NCBI GenBank assembly: GCA_049472355.1
Contig: JBLIRP010000009.1
Coordinates: forward strand, 1 to 61,454
DNA: 61,454 bases
Source of the DNA: a bacterium
Lineage (GTDB): Bacteria; SZUA-182; DTGQ01; JAFGSM01
Reading direction: 5' to 3'
The notes beneath the pieces are model-generated. The model searched no databases, was not told the DNA's origin, and saw only the letters and a list, made by a program, of their open reading frames with translations. This document shows positions 18,671 to 28,275 of this stretch, piece after piece (the stretch's first letter is position 1; each line of letters begins with the position of its first letter). Position numbers and translations under genes: made by a program.

Positions 18671-20862
18671 TTGCCAGTGCCGCCATCAGGGGCGCGCATA
18701 CGATTGCCGGGCGGGCGGAAAAGGCCCTTGCGGGGGCCGTCAAGGAGTTCGGTACGGACAAGAAGGTGGAATTCCCCAATACCGGGTATTACCTGCCCAT
18801 TATCTACGGCATTCTTGGGATCAAGGTGGAGAAGCTGGGGGATATGGAACAGGTGATGGAGCGTATCAAGGGGCTTCTTCCGCCGATACCGTCCGAATCC
18901 CTGTGGCTTCCCTACCTGGGCCATACTTTGGACGCGGGAATGGCCACCCTGTTCGCCGATGAGATCATCGAGAGCATCAAGTACCTCCACAATCCCGTAC
19001 CTTACTCCATCACGGAAAACTGTCCCGAAGAGGGTCCCCTATGGCTGGGTGCCGCGGATGACATCATCATGCGCAAACGCGGCATCGAATTCGTGGACGG
19101 GTCTGCCCCGGGGTTTGCCGCATGCGTAGGCGCTGCGCCCACCAACGAGATTGCGGTGAAGATCGCACGAGAACTCCAGGAGAAGAACCTGTACGTGTTC
19201 ATGGCCGGAGAGACGGATGGAAGGAATATGGCGGAACAGTTGCGGGAAGAGGGCGTGCAGATGGGGTGGGAGACCAGGCTGGTGCCCTTCGGCAAGGACA
19301 TCACGGCGGCCGTGTTCGCCATTGGGTTCGCCACCAGGGCGGCGATGTCCTTTGGCGGGGCCAAGGGAGGAGATTTCAGGAAGATCCTGCACTACAACAA
19401 GGACCGTATATTCGCCTTTGTCCTTGCCCTGGGCGAGGTGGACGACGAGAAGTATGCCCAGGCCGCAGGGGCCATCAACTATGGGTTTCCGACCATCGCC
19501 GACACCCCGATCCCGGAAATCCTCCCCACCGGCGTATGTACCTACGAGCACGTGGTCTCAAACATCCCTCACGACCAGATGGTCGCACGGGCCATCCAGG
19601 TGCGGGGGCTCAAGATCACCATCGCCAAGGTGCCTGTTCCCGTGGCATACGGCCCTGCCTTCGAGGGGGAACGGGTCCGCAAGGAAGACACCTACGTGGA
19701 GATGGGAGGCACGAAGACCCCTGCCTTCGAGTACCTGCGCATGAAGGAAATGGATGAGGTGGAGGACGGAAAGATCGAGGTGGTCGGCCCTGAGATCGAC
19801 GACGTGAAGGAGGGGTCTCAACTACCCCTTGGCGTAGTGGTGGATGTGGCGGGCAGGAAGATGCAGCAGGACTTCGAGCCCATCCTGGAGCGGCAGATTC
19901 ACAAGCTCTTCAACGAGGCCCAGGGGGTGTTCCACATGGGACAGCGGGACATCGTCTGGGTGAGGATCAGCAAGGAGGCCCACAAGAAGGGGTTCAAGCT
20001 GCACCACATCGGGTCCTTCATCCACGCCAAGCTGCACAACGACTACGCAGCGATACTCGACAAGGTGCAGGTCACCGTCTACACCAATGAGGAGGATGTG
20101 CTCAGGCTCAAGGACGAGGCGAAAAAGACGTATCATTTCAGGGATGACCGAATCAGCGCCATGACGGATGAAACCACCGATACCTATTATTCCTGCACCC
20201 TGTGTCAATCCTTCGCCCCCAATCATGTGTGCGTGATCACCCCGGAACGAAGCGGCCTGTGCGGCGCCTACAACTGGTTGGACGGAAAGGCCGCCCATCA
20301 GATCGATCCCACCGGGCCCAACCAGCCCATCAAGAGAGGGGATACCATCGACAGCGAAAAGGGGCAGTGGAAGGGGGTGAATGAATTCCTCCTTACCGCA
20401 TCCCGGGGCAACCTGGAACGATTCAATGCTTACAGTATCATGGAGGATCCCATGACCTCCTGCGGGTGCTTCGAGTGCATCTCCGGCGTCCTCCCGGTGG
20501 CAAATGCGATCATGACGGTCAACAGGGAGTTCGCCGGCATGACCCCGGTGGGGATGAAGTTCTCCACCCTGGCTGGATCGGTGGGAGGAGGCCTGCAGAC
20601 CCCCGGTTTCGTAGGACATAGCAAACACTACATCGGGAGCAAGAAATTCATATCCTCCGAAGGCGGGCTGCTCAGGATCGCCTGGATGCCGAAGATGCTG
20701 AAGGAGGAGATCAAACCGATCCTGGAGAGAAGGGGCAAGGAATTGGCTATCGACTTTTTTACGGTGATTGCCGACGAGGACATCGCCACCACCGAGGAAG
20801 AGGTCATGGAGTACATGCAAAAGGTCAACCATCCGGCCCTCAACCTGCCGCCGCTCATGTAG
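18658..20862 (+). CDS. acsB: Acetyl-CoA synthase
   Basis: EFPNTGYYLP, YSCTLCQSFAPNHVC, GLCGAYNWLD and PMTSCGCFEC. Confidence 0.96.
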   Translation: MSKIIASAAIRGAHTIAGRAEKALAGAVKEFGTDKKVEFPNTGYYLPIIYGILGIKVEKLGDMEQVMERIKGLLPPIPSESLWLPYLGHTLDAGMATLFADEIIESIKYLHNPVPYSITENCPEEGPLWLGAADDIIMRKRGIEFVDGSAPGFAACVGAAPTNEIAVKIARELQEKNLYVFMAGETDGRNMAEQLREEGVQMGWETRLVPFGKDITAAVFAIGFATRAAMSFGGAKGGDFRKILHYNKDRIFAFVLALGEVDDEKYAQAAGAINYGFPTIADTPIPEILPTGVCTYEHVVSNIPHDQMVARAIQVRGLKITIAKVPVPVAYGPAFEGERVRKEDTYVEMGGTKTPAFEYLRMKEMDEVEDGKIEVVGPEIDDVKEGSQLPLGVVVDVAGRKMQQDFEPILERQIHKLFNEAQGVFHMGQRDIVWVRISKEAHKKGFKLHHIGSFIHAKLHNDYAAILDKVQVTVYTNEEDVLRLKDEAKKTYHFRDDRISAMTDETTDTYYSCTLCQSFAPNHVCVITPERSGLCGAYNWLDGKAAHQIDPTGPNQPIKRGDTIDSEKGQWKGVNEFLLTASRGNLERFNAYSIMEDPMTSCGCFECISGVLPVANAIMTVNREFAGMTPVGMKFSTLAGSVGGGLQTPGFVGHSKHYIGSKKFISSEGGLLRIAWMPKMLKEEIKPILERRGKELAIDFFTVIADEDIATTEEEVMEYMQKVNHPALNLPPLM

Positions 20863-20959
20863 CGGGTACCCGGGAGGGACAGTGCACGTCATGCGCATGG
20901 CGCCATGGTAACGAGGCAGGCCCCAGGAATGTCTGCCCTCACCCTATCGAGGATGCGGC

Positions 20960-21514
20960 ATGAACAAGGAATCGACTGATCAGACGGGGGATACCAAGCG
21001 AAAGTGCGGGTGTTTTCCCCTGCTTCCTCGTATCATACTCGATCCCGACGACCCCCAACACCAGCAGTTGAGGGAACTGGTTGAACGCTATCGGGGGAAG
21101 GAGGGGGCCTCCATTCCCATCCTCCAGGGGGTCCAGGAAATCTTCGGATATGTGCCGGAGATGCCGGTTTCGTATATCTCTCAGGAGTTGGGCATTCCGT
21201 CGGCGACCATCTACGGGGTGGTTACCTTTTATGCCCAGTTCCATACCGAACCACGGGGGAGATATGTCATCCGCGCGTGCAGGGGAACCGCCTGCCACGT
21301 AAAGGGTGGAAAGGCCGTGTTGAAGGCCATCCAGGACAAACTGGGTCTCTGTGACGGGGAGACCTCGCCGGATCTCAAATTCACCCTGGAGACGGTTGCC
21401 TGCCTCGGTGCCTGCGCATTGGCACCCGTTGTGATGATCAATCATAACTATTACGGGAAGCAAAATCCTCAGAAGATCCTGCGTATCCTGGAACAGTACG
21501 AGGACGAGGGGTAG
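20960..21514 (+). CDS. NuoE/HydC-like [2Fe-2S] subunit of the formate dehydrogenase complex
   Basis: VVTFYAQF, ACRGTACH and ACLGACALAP. Confidence 0.9.
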   Translation: MNKESTDQTGDTKRKCGCFPLLPRIILDPDDPQHQQLRELVERYRGKEGASIPILQGVQEIFGYVPEMPVSYISQELGIPSATIYGVVTFYAQFHTEPRGRYVIRACRGTACHVKGGKAVLKAIQDKLGLCDGETSPDLKFTLETVACLGACALAPVVMINHNYYGKQNPQKILRILEQYEDEG

Positions 21515-21570
21515 GGTATCATCCCGCTCGATGTAACGTATTAATATATTGATGGAGAGAGGGAAGGGCG

Positions 21571-21782
21571 GCATAGTAGCTTCGCCCTGGCAAGGTTGGG
21601 TGGCAAAGTCGCGGGCCGTCTTGGTGGCCGGATGGGCAGCATAGAGGCTTCGCTTCGCTTCGCCCTGGCAAGCTTGGTTAGAGGCTCCGCTTCGCGAAGC
21701 TTGGCTGGTGCAGTCGCGGGCCGTCTTGGTGGCCGGATGGGCAGCATAGAGGCTTCGCTTCGCTTCGCCCTGGCAAGCTTGG
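21571..21782. repeat. Intergenic direct repeat: two identical 71-bp units (21607-21677, 21712-21782) plus a partial unit; REP-like family
   Basis: AGTCGCGGGCCGTCTTGGTGGCCGGATGGGCAGCATAGAGGCTTCGCTTCGCTTCGCCCTGGCAAGCTTGG read twice; partial copy at 21571-21599. Confidence 0.9.
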
Positions 21783-21831
21783 GTGATGGATCACCCTTTG
21801 CTCACGATATAGAACAAGACATGGGCATAGA

Positions 21832-24800
21832 ATGACACGGATCACCTCACGAAAGGAATTTGACGCCTTCACCAAGAAGCTGAAGGGGCGCCAGGACCCC
21901 AAAAAAAGGGTCGTCTCGGTCTGCGGGACCGGATGCAGCGCAGTGGGAAGTTTGGAGGTCATTGATGCCCTTAGAAACGAGGTGGCGAAACGCGGCCTCG
22001 CCGATGCGGTGGAGGTCAGAAAGACCGGATGCCACGGCTTTTGCGAAAGGGGTCCCATTGTCACCATCCTGCCTGAGGACTACTTCTACAATAAGGTCAC
22101 TGTTGAGGACGTGCCCGAGATCATAGAAAAAACCATCCGGAATGGCGAGCTTGTGGAGCGGCTCCTCTATCTGGATCCTCAGACAGGCAAGCGGTGCGCC
22201 CATACCAACGACGTCCCCTTTTATGCCGGGCAGATGAGGAAGGTATTCAAGCACAACGGCAGTATCGATCCCACGGACATAGAGGCGTATATCGCCGTTG
22301 ACGGGTACCAGGGCCTGGTCAAGGCGCTTTTCGAGATGGAGCCGGGGGATGTCATCGAGGAGGTAAAGGATGCAGGGCTCCGGGGCCGGGGCGGGGGGGG
22401 ATTCCTCACCGGACTGAAATGGGAATTCTGTAGAAAGGCCCATGGCGAGCCCAAGTATGTCATCTGCAATGCGGACGAGGGTGACCCGGGTGCATTCATG
22501 GACCGAAGCATCCTGGAGGGGAACCCCCATGCGGTCATCGAGGGGATGCTCATCGCTGCGTATGGGATCGGCAGTGAGCATGGCTATATCTATGTGCGGG
22601 CGGAGTATCCCCTCGCCATTCGCTACCTGCTGATTGCCGTCGAGCAGGCTGAATCCATAGGCCTGCTCGGGGAGCATATCCTGGGCACGGATTTCTCCTT
22701 TGACCTGAAAATAAAACAGGGGGCAGGGGCATTCGTGTGCGGCGAGGAGACCGCGCTGATCGCATCCATCGAGGGGAAAAGGGGGATGCCCCGCTCGCGC
22801 CCGCCGTTTCCCGCCCATCAAGGTGTATGGGGAAAACCGACCAATATCAACAATGTGGAGACCTTCGCCAATGTGCCCCTCATCATCCTTGAAGGGGCCA
22901 AGAGCTATGCCGAGGTCGGCACCGACAAGAGCAAGGGCACCAAGATATTCGCCCTGGCGGGGAAGATAAACAATACCGGGCTCGTGGAGGTCCCTCTCGG
23001 CACGAGCCTCAGGGACGTGATCTACACAATCGGGGGCGGTATTCCCAAGGGAAGGAAATTCAAGGCGGTGCAGCTTGGCGGGCCGTCGGGCGGGTGCATC
23101 CCCGCGCAGCACCTCGATACGCCCATCGACTACGATTCACTGCAGGACCTCGGCGCCATCATGGGGTCCGGCGGCATGATCGTCATGGATGAGAACACCT
23201 GCATGGTGGATATCGCCCGCTATTTCCTCGAATTCGTCCAGAGCGAGTCGTGCGGGAAGTGCATACCATGTCGTGTGGGCACCAAGAGGATGCTGGAGAT
23301 CCTCATCAAGATCACCGAAGGACGCGGGCAGATGAGCGACCTCGACCTGCTCGAGGAACTCGCCGTCCACATCAAGAACACCGCCCTGTGCGGGCTGGGG
23401 CAGACCGCCCCCAACCCGGTGCTCTCCACGCTCCGCTATTTCCGTGACGAGTACGAGACCCACATTCTCTATCAGAAATGTCCCGCGGCATCCTGCGAGA
23501 TGCTCTTTCTCTCCCCCTGCGAGCACGTATGCCCCCTGGGGACCGATGTGCCCAACTATGTGAATCTCATTGCGGAGGGACGGTTTTCCGAGGCGCTTGC
23601 GGTGGTGCGGGAGAAGAATCCCTTCCCCGGTGTGTGCGGGAGGGTCTGTAACCATCCCTGTCAGGTGAAATGCCGGCGGGGCGAGATCGACGACCCCATC
23701 GCCATCGCCGATCTCAAACGGGTGGCTGCAGACTACGGAGAGACGCAATCTGCGGTGCCCACCGCGAATATCCGATGGAAGAACGAGAGGGTGGCGGTGA
23801 TCGGCGGTGGTCCTTCGGGCCTCACCGCGGCCTATTTTTTGGGGCAGTTGGGATTCAGGGTCACCCTGTTCGAGGCGATGCCCGTGCTCGGCGGGATGCT
23901 TGCCTGGGCCATCCCGGAATACCGCCTTCCCAAAAAGACCCTTGATCATGAGATACGGCTCATTCTCCCCTGGATCGCGGAGTTGAAGACCTCCACGAAG
24001 ATCGGCAAGGATGTCCCCTTTGAATCGCTGTTGAGTGGCGACTTTCGGGCCCTCTATATCGCCGTCGGCGCACCGGTGGGCATTCCCCTCACCATCCCCG
24101 GGAGCGATCTGGACGGGGTATGGGACGGCCTCTCCTTTCTCACCCAGGTGAGCTTCGGCAAGAGGCCGGCGATTGGAGATCGCGTATGCGTGATCGGTGG
24201 GGGGAACGTGGCCACCGACGCGGCGCGGACCGCCCTCCGTCTGGGGGCCAGGGAGGTGACCATCTGCTACCGGAGGGAACGGGAGGACATGCCCGCATTG
24301 GATGAGGAGATTCTGGAGGCAGAGGAGGAAGGGGTCGCATTCCTCTTTCTCACCATCCCCCTGGAGATCAAGGGAACGAAGGGGAGAATGACCGGCCTGG
24401 TTTGCCAGAAGGCGGTTTTGGGTGAGACGGGTCCGGATGGCAGGAGAAGGCCGGTCCCCTCGCCGGGCACCGAGTACCTGCTTGCCTGCGATACGATCAT
24501 CGGGGCGATCGGGCAGCGGCTGGATCTCGCCTTTCTGCCCGAGGCTATTCAGCGGGAGATATGCAGCGGGAACAGGATTGCCGCTGAAGTTACCAGCGGA
24601 AGGACCTGCAATCCGATGATATTCGCAGGAGGGGACGTGGTGACCGGCCCCAATACGGTCATCGATGCCATTGCCGCAGGCAGGAAGGCGGCCCTTGCCA
24701 TAAGCGAATGCATATCGCCCCATTCGTCACGGCACCTGAGGGTCATATCGAACGAGCGCATACTGTATCATGAGGTGGAGGTCGACGAATCGATGGGCGA

Positions 24801-24954
24801 TGCCCGGAGGGAGCCGATGCCGCACACGAGCGCACGGCAACGGATAAAGGGGTTCAGCGAGGTGAAGAAGGGCTACACCCCCCAGAAGGCGATTCGTGAG
24901 GCACGACGATGCCTCAAGTGCAATTTCGAAAAGATGATGGGATACGAGCGATGA
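21832..24954 (+). CDS. NuoF/HydB-like NADH subunit fused to a GltD/NfnL-like FAD/NADP(H) domain
   Basis: NADEGDPGAFMDRS, GGPSGGC and ESCGKCIPCRVG, followed by SPCEHVCP, GRVCNHPCQ, IGGGPSG, GGGNVATDAAR..YRR, FAGGDVVTGP and EARRCLKC. Confidence 0.9.
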   Translation: MTRITSRKEFDAFTKKLKGRQDPKKRVVSVCGTGCSAVGSLEVIDALRNEVAKRGLADAVEVRKTGCHGFCERGPIVTILPEDYFYNKVTVEDVPEIIEKTIRNGELVERLLYLDPQTGKRCAHTNDVPFYAGQMRKVFKHNGSIDPTDIEAYIAVDGYQGLVKALFEMEPGDVIEEVKDAGLRGRGGGGFLTGLKWEFCRKAHGEPKYVICNADEGDPGAFMDRSILEGNPHAVIEGMLIAAYGIGSEHGYIYVRAEYPLAIRYLLIAVEQAESIGLLGEHILGTDFSFDLKIKQGAGAFVCGEETALIASIEGKRGMPRSRPPFPAHQGVWGKPTNINNVETFANVPLIILEGAKSYAEVGTDKSKGTKIFALAGKINNTGLVEVPLGTSLRDVIYTIGGGIPKGRKFKAVQLGGPSGGCIPAQHLDTPIDYDSLQDLGAIMGSGGMIVMDENTCMVDIARYFLEFVQSESCGKCIPCRVGTKRMLEILIKITEGRGQMSDLDLLEELAVHIKNTALCGLGQTAPNPVLSTLRYFRDEYETHILYQKCPAASCEMLFLSPCEHVCPLGTDVPNYVNLIAEGRFSEALAVVREKNPFPGVCGRVCNHPCQVKCRRGEIDDPIAIADLKRVAADYGETQSAVPTANIRWKNERVAVIGGGPSGLTAAYFLGQLGFRVTLFEAMPVLGGMLAWAIPEYRLPKKTLDHEIRLILPWIAELKTSTKIGKDVPFESLLSGDFRALYIAVGAPVGIPLTIPGSDLDGVWDGLSFLTQVSFGKRPAIGDRVCVIGGGNVATDAARTALRLGAREVTICYRREREDMPALDEEILEAEEEGVAFLFLTIPLEIKGTKGRMTGLVCQKAVLGETGPDGRRRPVPSPGTEYLLACDTIIGAIGQRLDLAFLPEAIQREICSGNRIAAEVTSGRTCNPMIFAGGDVVTGPNTVIDAIAAGRKAALAISECISPHSSRHLRVISNERILYHEVEVDESMGDARREPMPHTSARQRIKGFSEVKKGYTPQKAIREARRCLKCNFEKMMGYER

Positions 24955-27638
24955 TCAGTCTGACCATAGATGGCAAGAGGGTTTATGCGGAACCGGGATC
25001 AACCATCCTTGATGCTGCGCGGGGCAATGAAATCCATATCCCAACCTTGTGCCAGTACCGCGATCTGACCCCCTTCGGAGGGTGCCGGATCTGCCTTGTG
25101 GAGGTCGAAGGGATACCGCGACTCCTTGCGTCGTGTGTCACCCCGGTGGTCGACAAGATGGTGGTGCACACGCAATCAGAGAGGATTTATGCGGCGCGAA
25201 GGATGAACCTGGAGCTGATCTTTTCCGCCCATTCCGGGGATTGCCTCACCTGCGAGCGCAGCGGCCAGTGCGAGCTGCAGGACCTGGCCTACGAATATAA
25301 ACTCTCAGGGATACGGTTCGAAGGGGATAAGGTGTTTCCTGCGGTCGATGATAGCAACCCTTTCATCGAACGGGATCACAGCCGATGCATCCTCTGCGGC
25401 CGGTGCGTCAGGGTCTGCGACGAGGTTCAGGGGGTCAGGGCGATCGACTTTCAGGGGCGGGGATACGATGCGAAGATCGGGACCGCATTCAACCGGCCCC
25501 TCAACTGCGAGTTCTGCGGCCAGTGCATCGCGTCCTGCCCCACCGGCGCATTGATCCCGGCAATGTCGAGGTTCAAGGGACGGCAGGTGCAGACCGACAG
25601 GGTGCAGACCACCTGCCCTTACTGTGGGTGCGGGTGTCAGCTCACCTTGCACGTCAGGGAGGGCCGGATTGTGGGGGTAACCTCCCCCGAGGAAGGCGTC
25701 AACAGCGGGTATCTATGCTCGAAGGGGAGGTTCGGGTATGAATTCGTGCATGCCGACACACGGCTTCTCTCACCCAAGGCGAAAACCTACAAGGGATTCA
25801 AATCCATTGAATGGCGGCAGGCCTTGCGGGTGGTGAGCTCGAGACTCAAGGAGATCAAGGAACGGTACGGCCCGGATGCCATTGCCGGCCTGAGCTCCGC
25901 CAAATGCACCAATGAGGAGAATTACCTCTTCCAGAAGTTCATGCGCGCGGTGATCGGCACCAATAATGTGGATCACTGCGCCCGTCTCTGACACGCCCCC
26001 ACGGTGGCCGGTCTGGTCGCCACACTGGGAAGCGGCGCAATGACCAATTCCATTGCGGATATTACGGAGGCGCGATCCATCCTGGTGATCGGCTCCAATA
26101 CCACCGAGGCGCATCCCATCATCGCGCTCAAGATCAAGGAGGCGGTCAGGAGGCGGGGGGCCTCCCTTATCGTTGCGGACCCCCGGTCCATAGATCTCGC
26201 ACGGTGGGCCACACTCCACATCAAACAGAGGCCCGGCACGGACATCGCCCTGCTCAACGGCTTCATGTACGTCATGCTGCACGAAGGGCTCCAGAATCGT
26301 GATTTCATCGCGGCACGGACCGAGGGGTTTGATGCGATCGAGAAGGTTGCTGAGCACTATCCCCCTGAAAAGGTGGAGGAGATCACCGGGGTGCCCAGGG
26401 AGGAGATCATCAAGGCGGCGCATCTTTTTGCTGCGGGAAGGCCCGGCGCGATATTTTACGCCATGGGGATCACCCAGCACATCACCGGCACCGACAATGT
26501 CAAGGCGGTGGCGGACCTGGCGCTTTTGACCGGAAACCTGGGAAAGCCGGGCAGCGGGGTCAATCCCCTCCGGGGGCAGAACAACGTGCAGGGGGCATGC
26601 GACGTGGGATGCCTGCCCAACGTGTTCCCCGGATATCAATCGGTGGAGGACCGGACGGTCAGGGAGCGGTTCGAAAAGGCGTGGAACGCGAGTCTGCCGG
26701 CCAAGGCGGGGCTTACCGTGCTCGAAATGATCGATGGGATCGAAAGGGGGACCATCAAGGCGATGTACATTATGGGGGAGAATCCCCTCCTTTCCGATCC
26801 GGATATCAGCCATGTGCGCGAGGCCCTGAAAAAACTCGAACTGCTCGTAGTGCAGGACATCTTCATCACGGAAACGGGCGAACAGGCGGATGTGGTGCTC
26901 CCCGGTGCCTCCTTTGCTGAGAAGGACGGCACCTTTACCAACACCGAGCGCCGGGTCCAGCGTATACGAAAGGCGTTCCCCCCACCCGGGGAAGGCCGGC
27001 CTGACTGGCGTATCATCCAGGACCTGTCAAACGAAATGGGGTACCGGATGCAGTATGCCCATCCCGGTGCAATCATGGATGAGATCGTCTCCCTGACCCC
27101 CATCTATGGGGGGATACGTTATGATCGGCTCGACGATAACGGCCTGCAGTGGCCCTGTCCCGACGTCGAGCATCCGGGGACCCCCATCCTCCACGTGGAT
27201 CGCTTCCCGCGGGGAAGGGCCAGGTTCATCCCCGTGGAGTATGTTCCCCCTGCCGAGGTAACCGATACGGAATATCCCTTTATCCTGACCACCGGCAGGA
27301 TGCTCTTCCATTTTCACACCGGGACCATGTCCCGTCAATCCAAAGGCCTGAACCAGGTTTGCCCTGCACCCTATATTGAAATAAATACGGAGGACGCACT
27401 GAACCTCTCCCTGCAGGCCGGCGATCGCGTCCGGGTGACGTCACGCAGGGGGTCCCTGGAACTGGAGGCGAAGGTCACGGAGAGGATCACCAGGGGGATG
27501 GTGTTCATCCCCTTTCATTTCAGGGAGGCGGCGGCAAACCTTTTGACCATCGGCAGTTATGATCCTGTCGCGAAGATACCGGAATACAAGGTATGTGCTG
27601 TTCGCATTGAGCCCATCAAGATGGGAGGAATACGATGA
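24951..27638 (+). CDS. fdhF: Selenocysteine-containing Mo/W formate dehydrogenase alpha subunit with N-terminal NuoG-like Fe-S domains (joins ORFs 24909-25991 and 26004-27638)
   Basis: [41 protein letters not shown] and [10 protein letters not shown]; in-frame TGA at 25989-25991 sits at the catalytic Cys/Sec position. Confidence 0.93.
25989..26030 (+). promoter_or_regulatory. Sec codon (UGA) plus bacterial SECIS hairpin
   Basis: GGTGGCCG-GTC-TGGTCGCC stem-loop (26003-26021) begins 11 nt after the UGA and has GU in the loop, resembling the E. coli fdhF SECIS. Confidence 0.8.
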
Positions 27639-28102
27639 TTGATGTCGATATCGTAAGAAATCTGCCCATTTTTTATGACCTCAATCCCGCGGAGATGGAG
27701 GAAGTGGCGCGCATCTGCGACCTCCAGGAGTACCAGCCGGGCGAGGTCATTATGCGTGAGGGCGAGCCGGGCGGGACCCTCTATGTCATAAACAAGGGGG
27801 ATATCAGGATAACGAGAAAGGTCCACGGCCACGGGGAAGAGGATATGGTGCTGACCATTCTGAGGCAGAATGATTTCTTCGGAGAGCTTTCGCTGATGGA
27901 CGGACGTGCGCGGTCCGCAACCGCCACGGCAATTAACACCACGGAACTGGTGATCCTCACCAAGGAGGCGTTCGACGCGCTTGCAGAGCGCAATCCCGCG
28001 TGCGGATACAAGTTCATGCGGAGGATCGCCCTGGTCATCGGGTCCCTTCTCAGGGACATGAACGAGAAGTTTTCGGGCATGCTCGACTACATGTGGCGAT
28101 AA
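27635..28102 (+). CDS. Stand-alone cyclic-nucleotide-binding (Crp-like) domain protein
   Basis: [17 protein letters not shown] and [17 protein letters not shown]; no C-terminal HTH; ATGA overlap with fdh. Confidence 0.88.
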   Translation: MIDVDIVRNLPIFYDLNPAEMEEVARICDLQEYQPGEVIMREGEPGGTLYVINKGDIRITRKVHGHGEEDMVLTILRQNDFFGELSLMDGRARSATATAINTTELVILTKEAFDALAERNPACGYKFMRRIALVIGSLLRDMNEKFSGMLDYMWR

Positions 28103-28212
28103 GTGTCAAATAACATCCCTTCCCTTTCATGTACCTTCCTTCGGATGAAGCCCCCTCCCCGGCGCGAGCCCGCTGCGGACAATGAGGCAGCGGAATGTCG
28201 CCCCTTTTCAGG

Positions 28213-28250
28213 AATAAAAAACCGGAGGGACCTGTAAGCGATCCCTCCGG
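28213..28250 (-). terminator. Rho-independent terminator of fhs
   Basis: CCGGAGGGA/TCCCTCCGG 9-bp stem followed on the minus strand by TTTTTTATT, just past the fhs stop. Confidence 0.75.
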
Positions 28251-28275
28251 CGTGCGTGTGCCTGTCTATAACGGA

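Noticed and set aside
21571..21782. Possible mini-CRISPR array
   Set aside because: The would-be spacers are themselves duplicated within identical 71-bp units, related units are dispersed elsewhere, and no cas genes are present.
2301..24723. Long antisense ORFs (e.g. 2301-4073, 6640-8493, 16703-17950, 23137-24723)
   Set aside because: Shadow frames opposite well-supported GC-rich genes, with no recognisable motifs.
24909..27638. FDH pseudogene or two separate genes
   Set aside because: The stop is an in-frame TGA at the catalytic ligand position with a SECIS-like hairpin, so it is better explained as selenocysteine.
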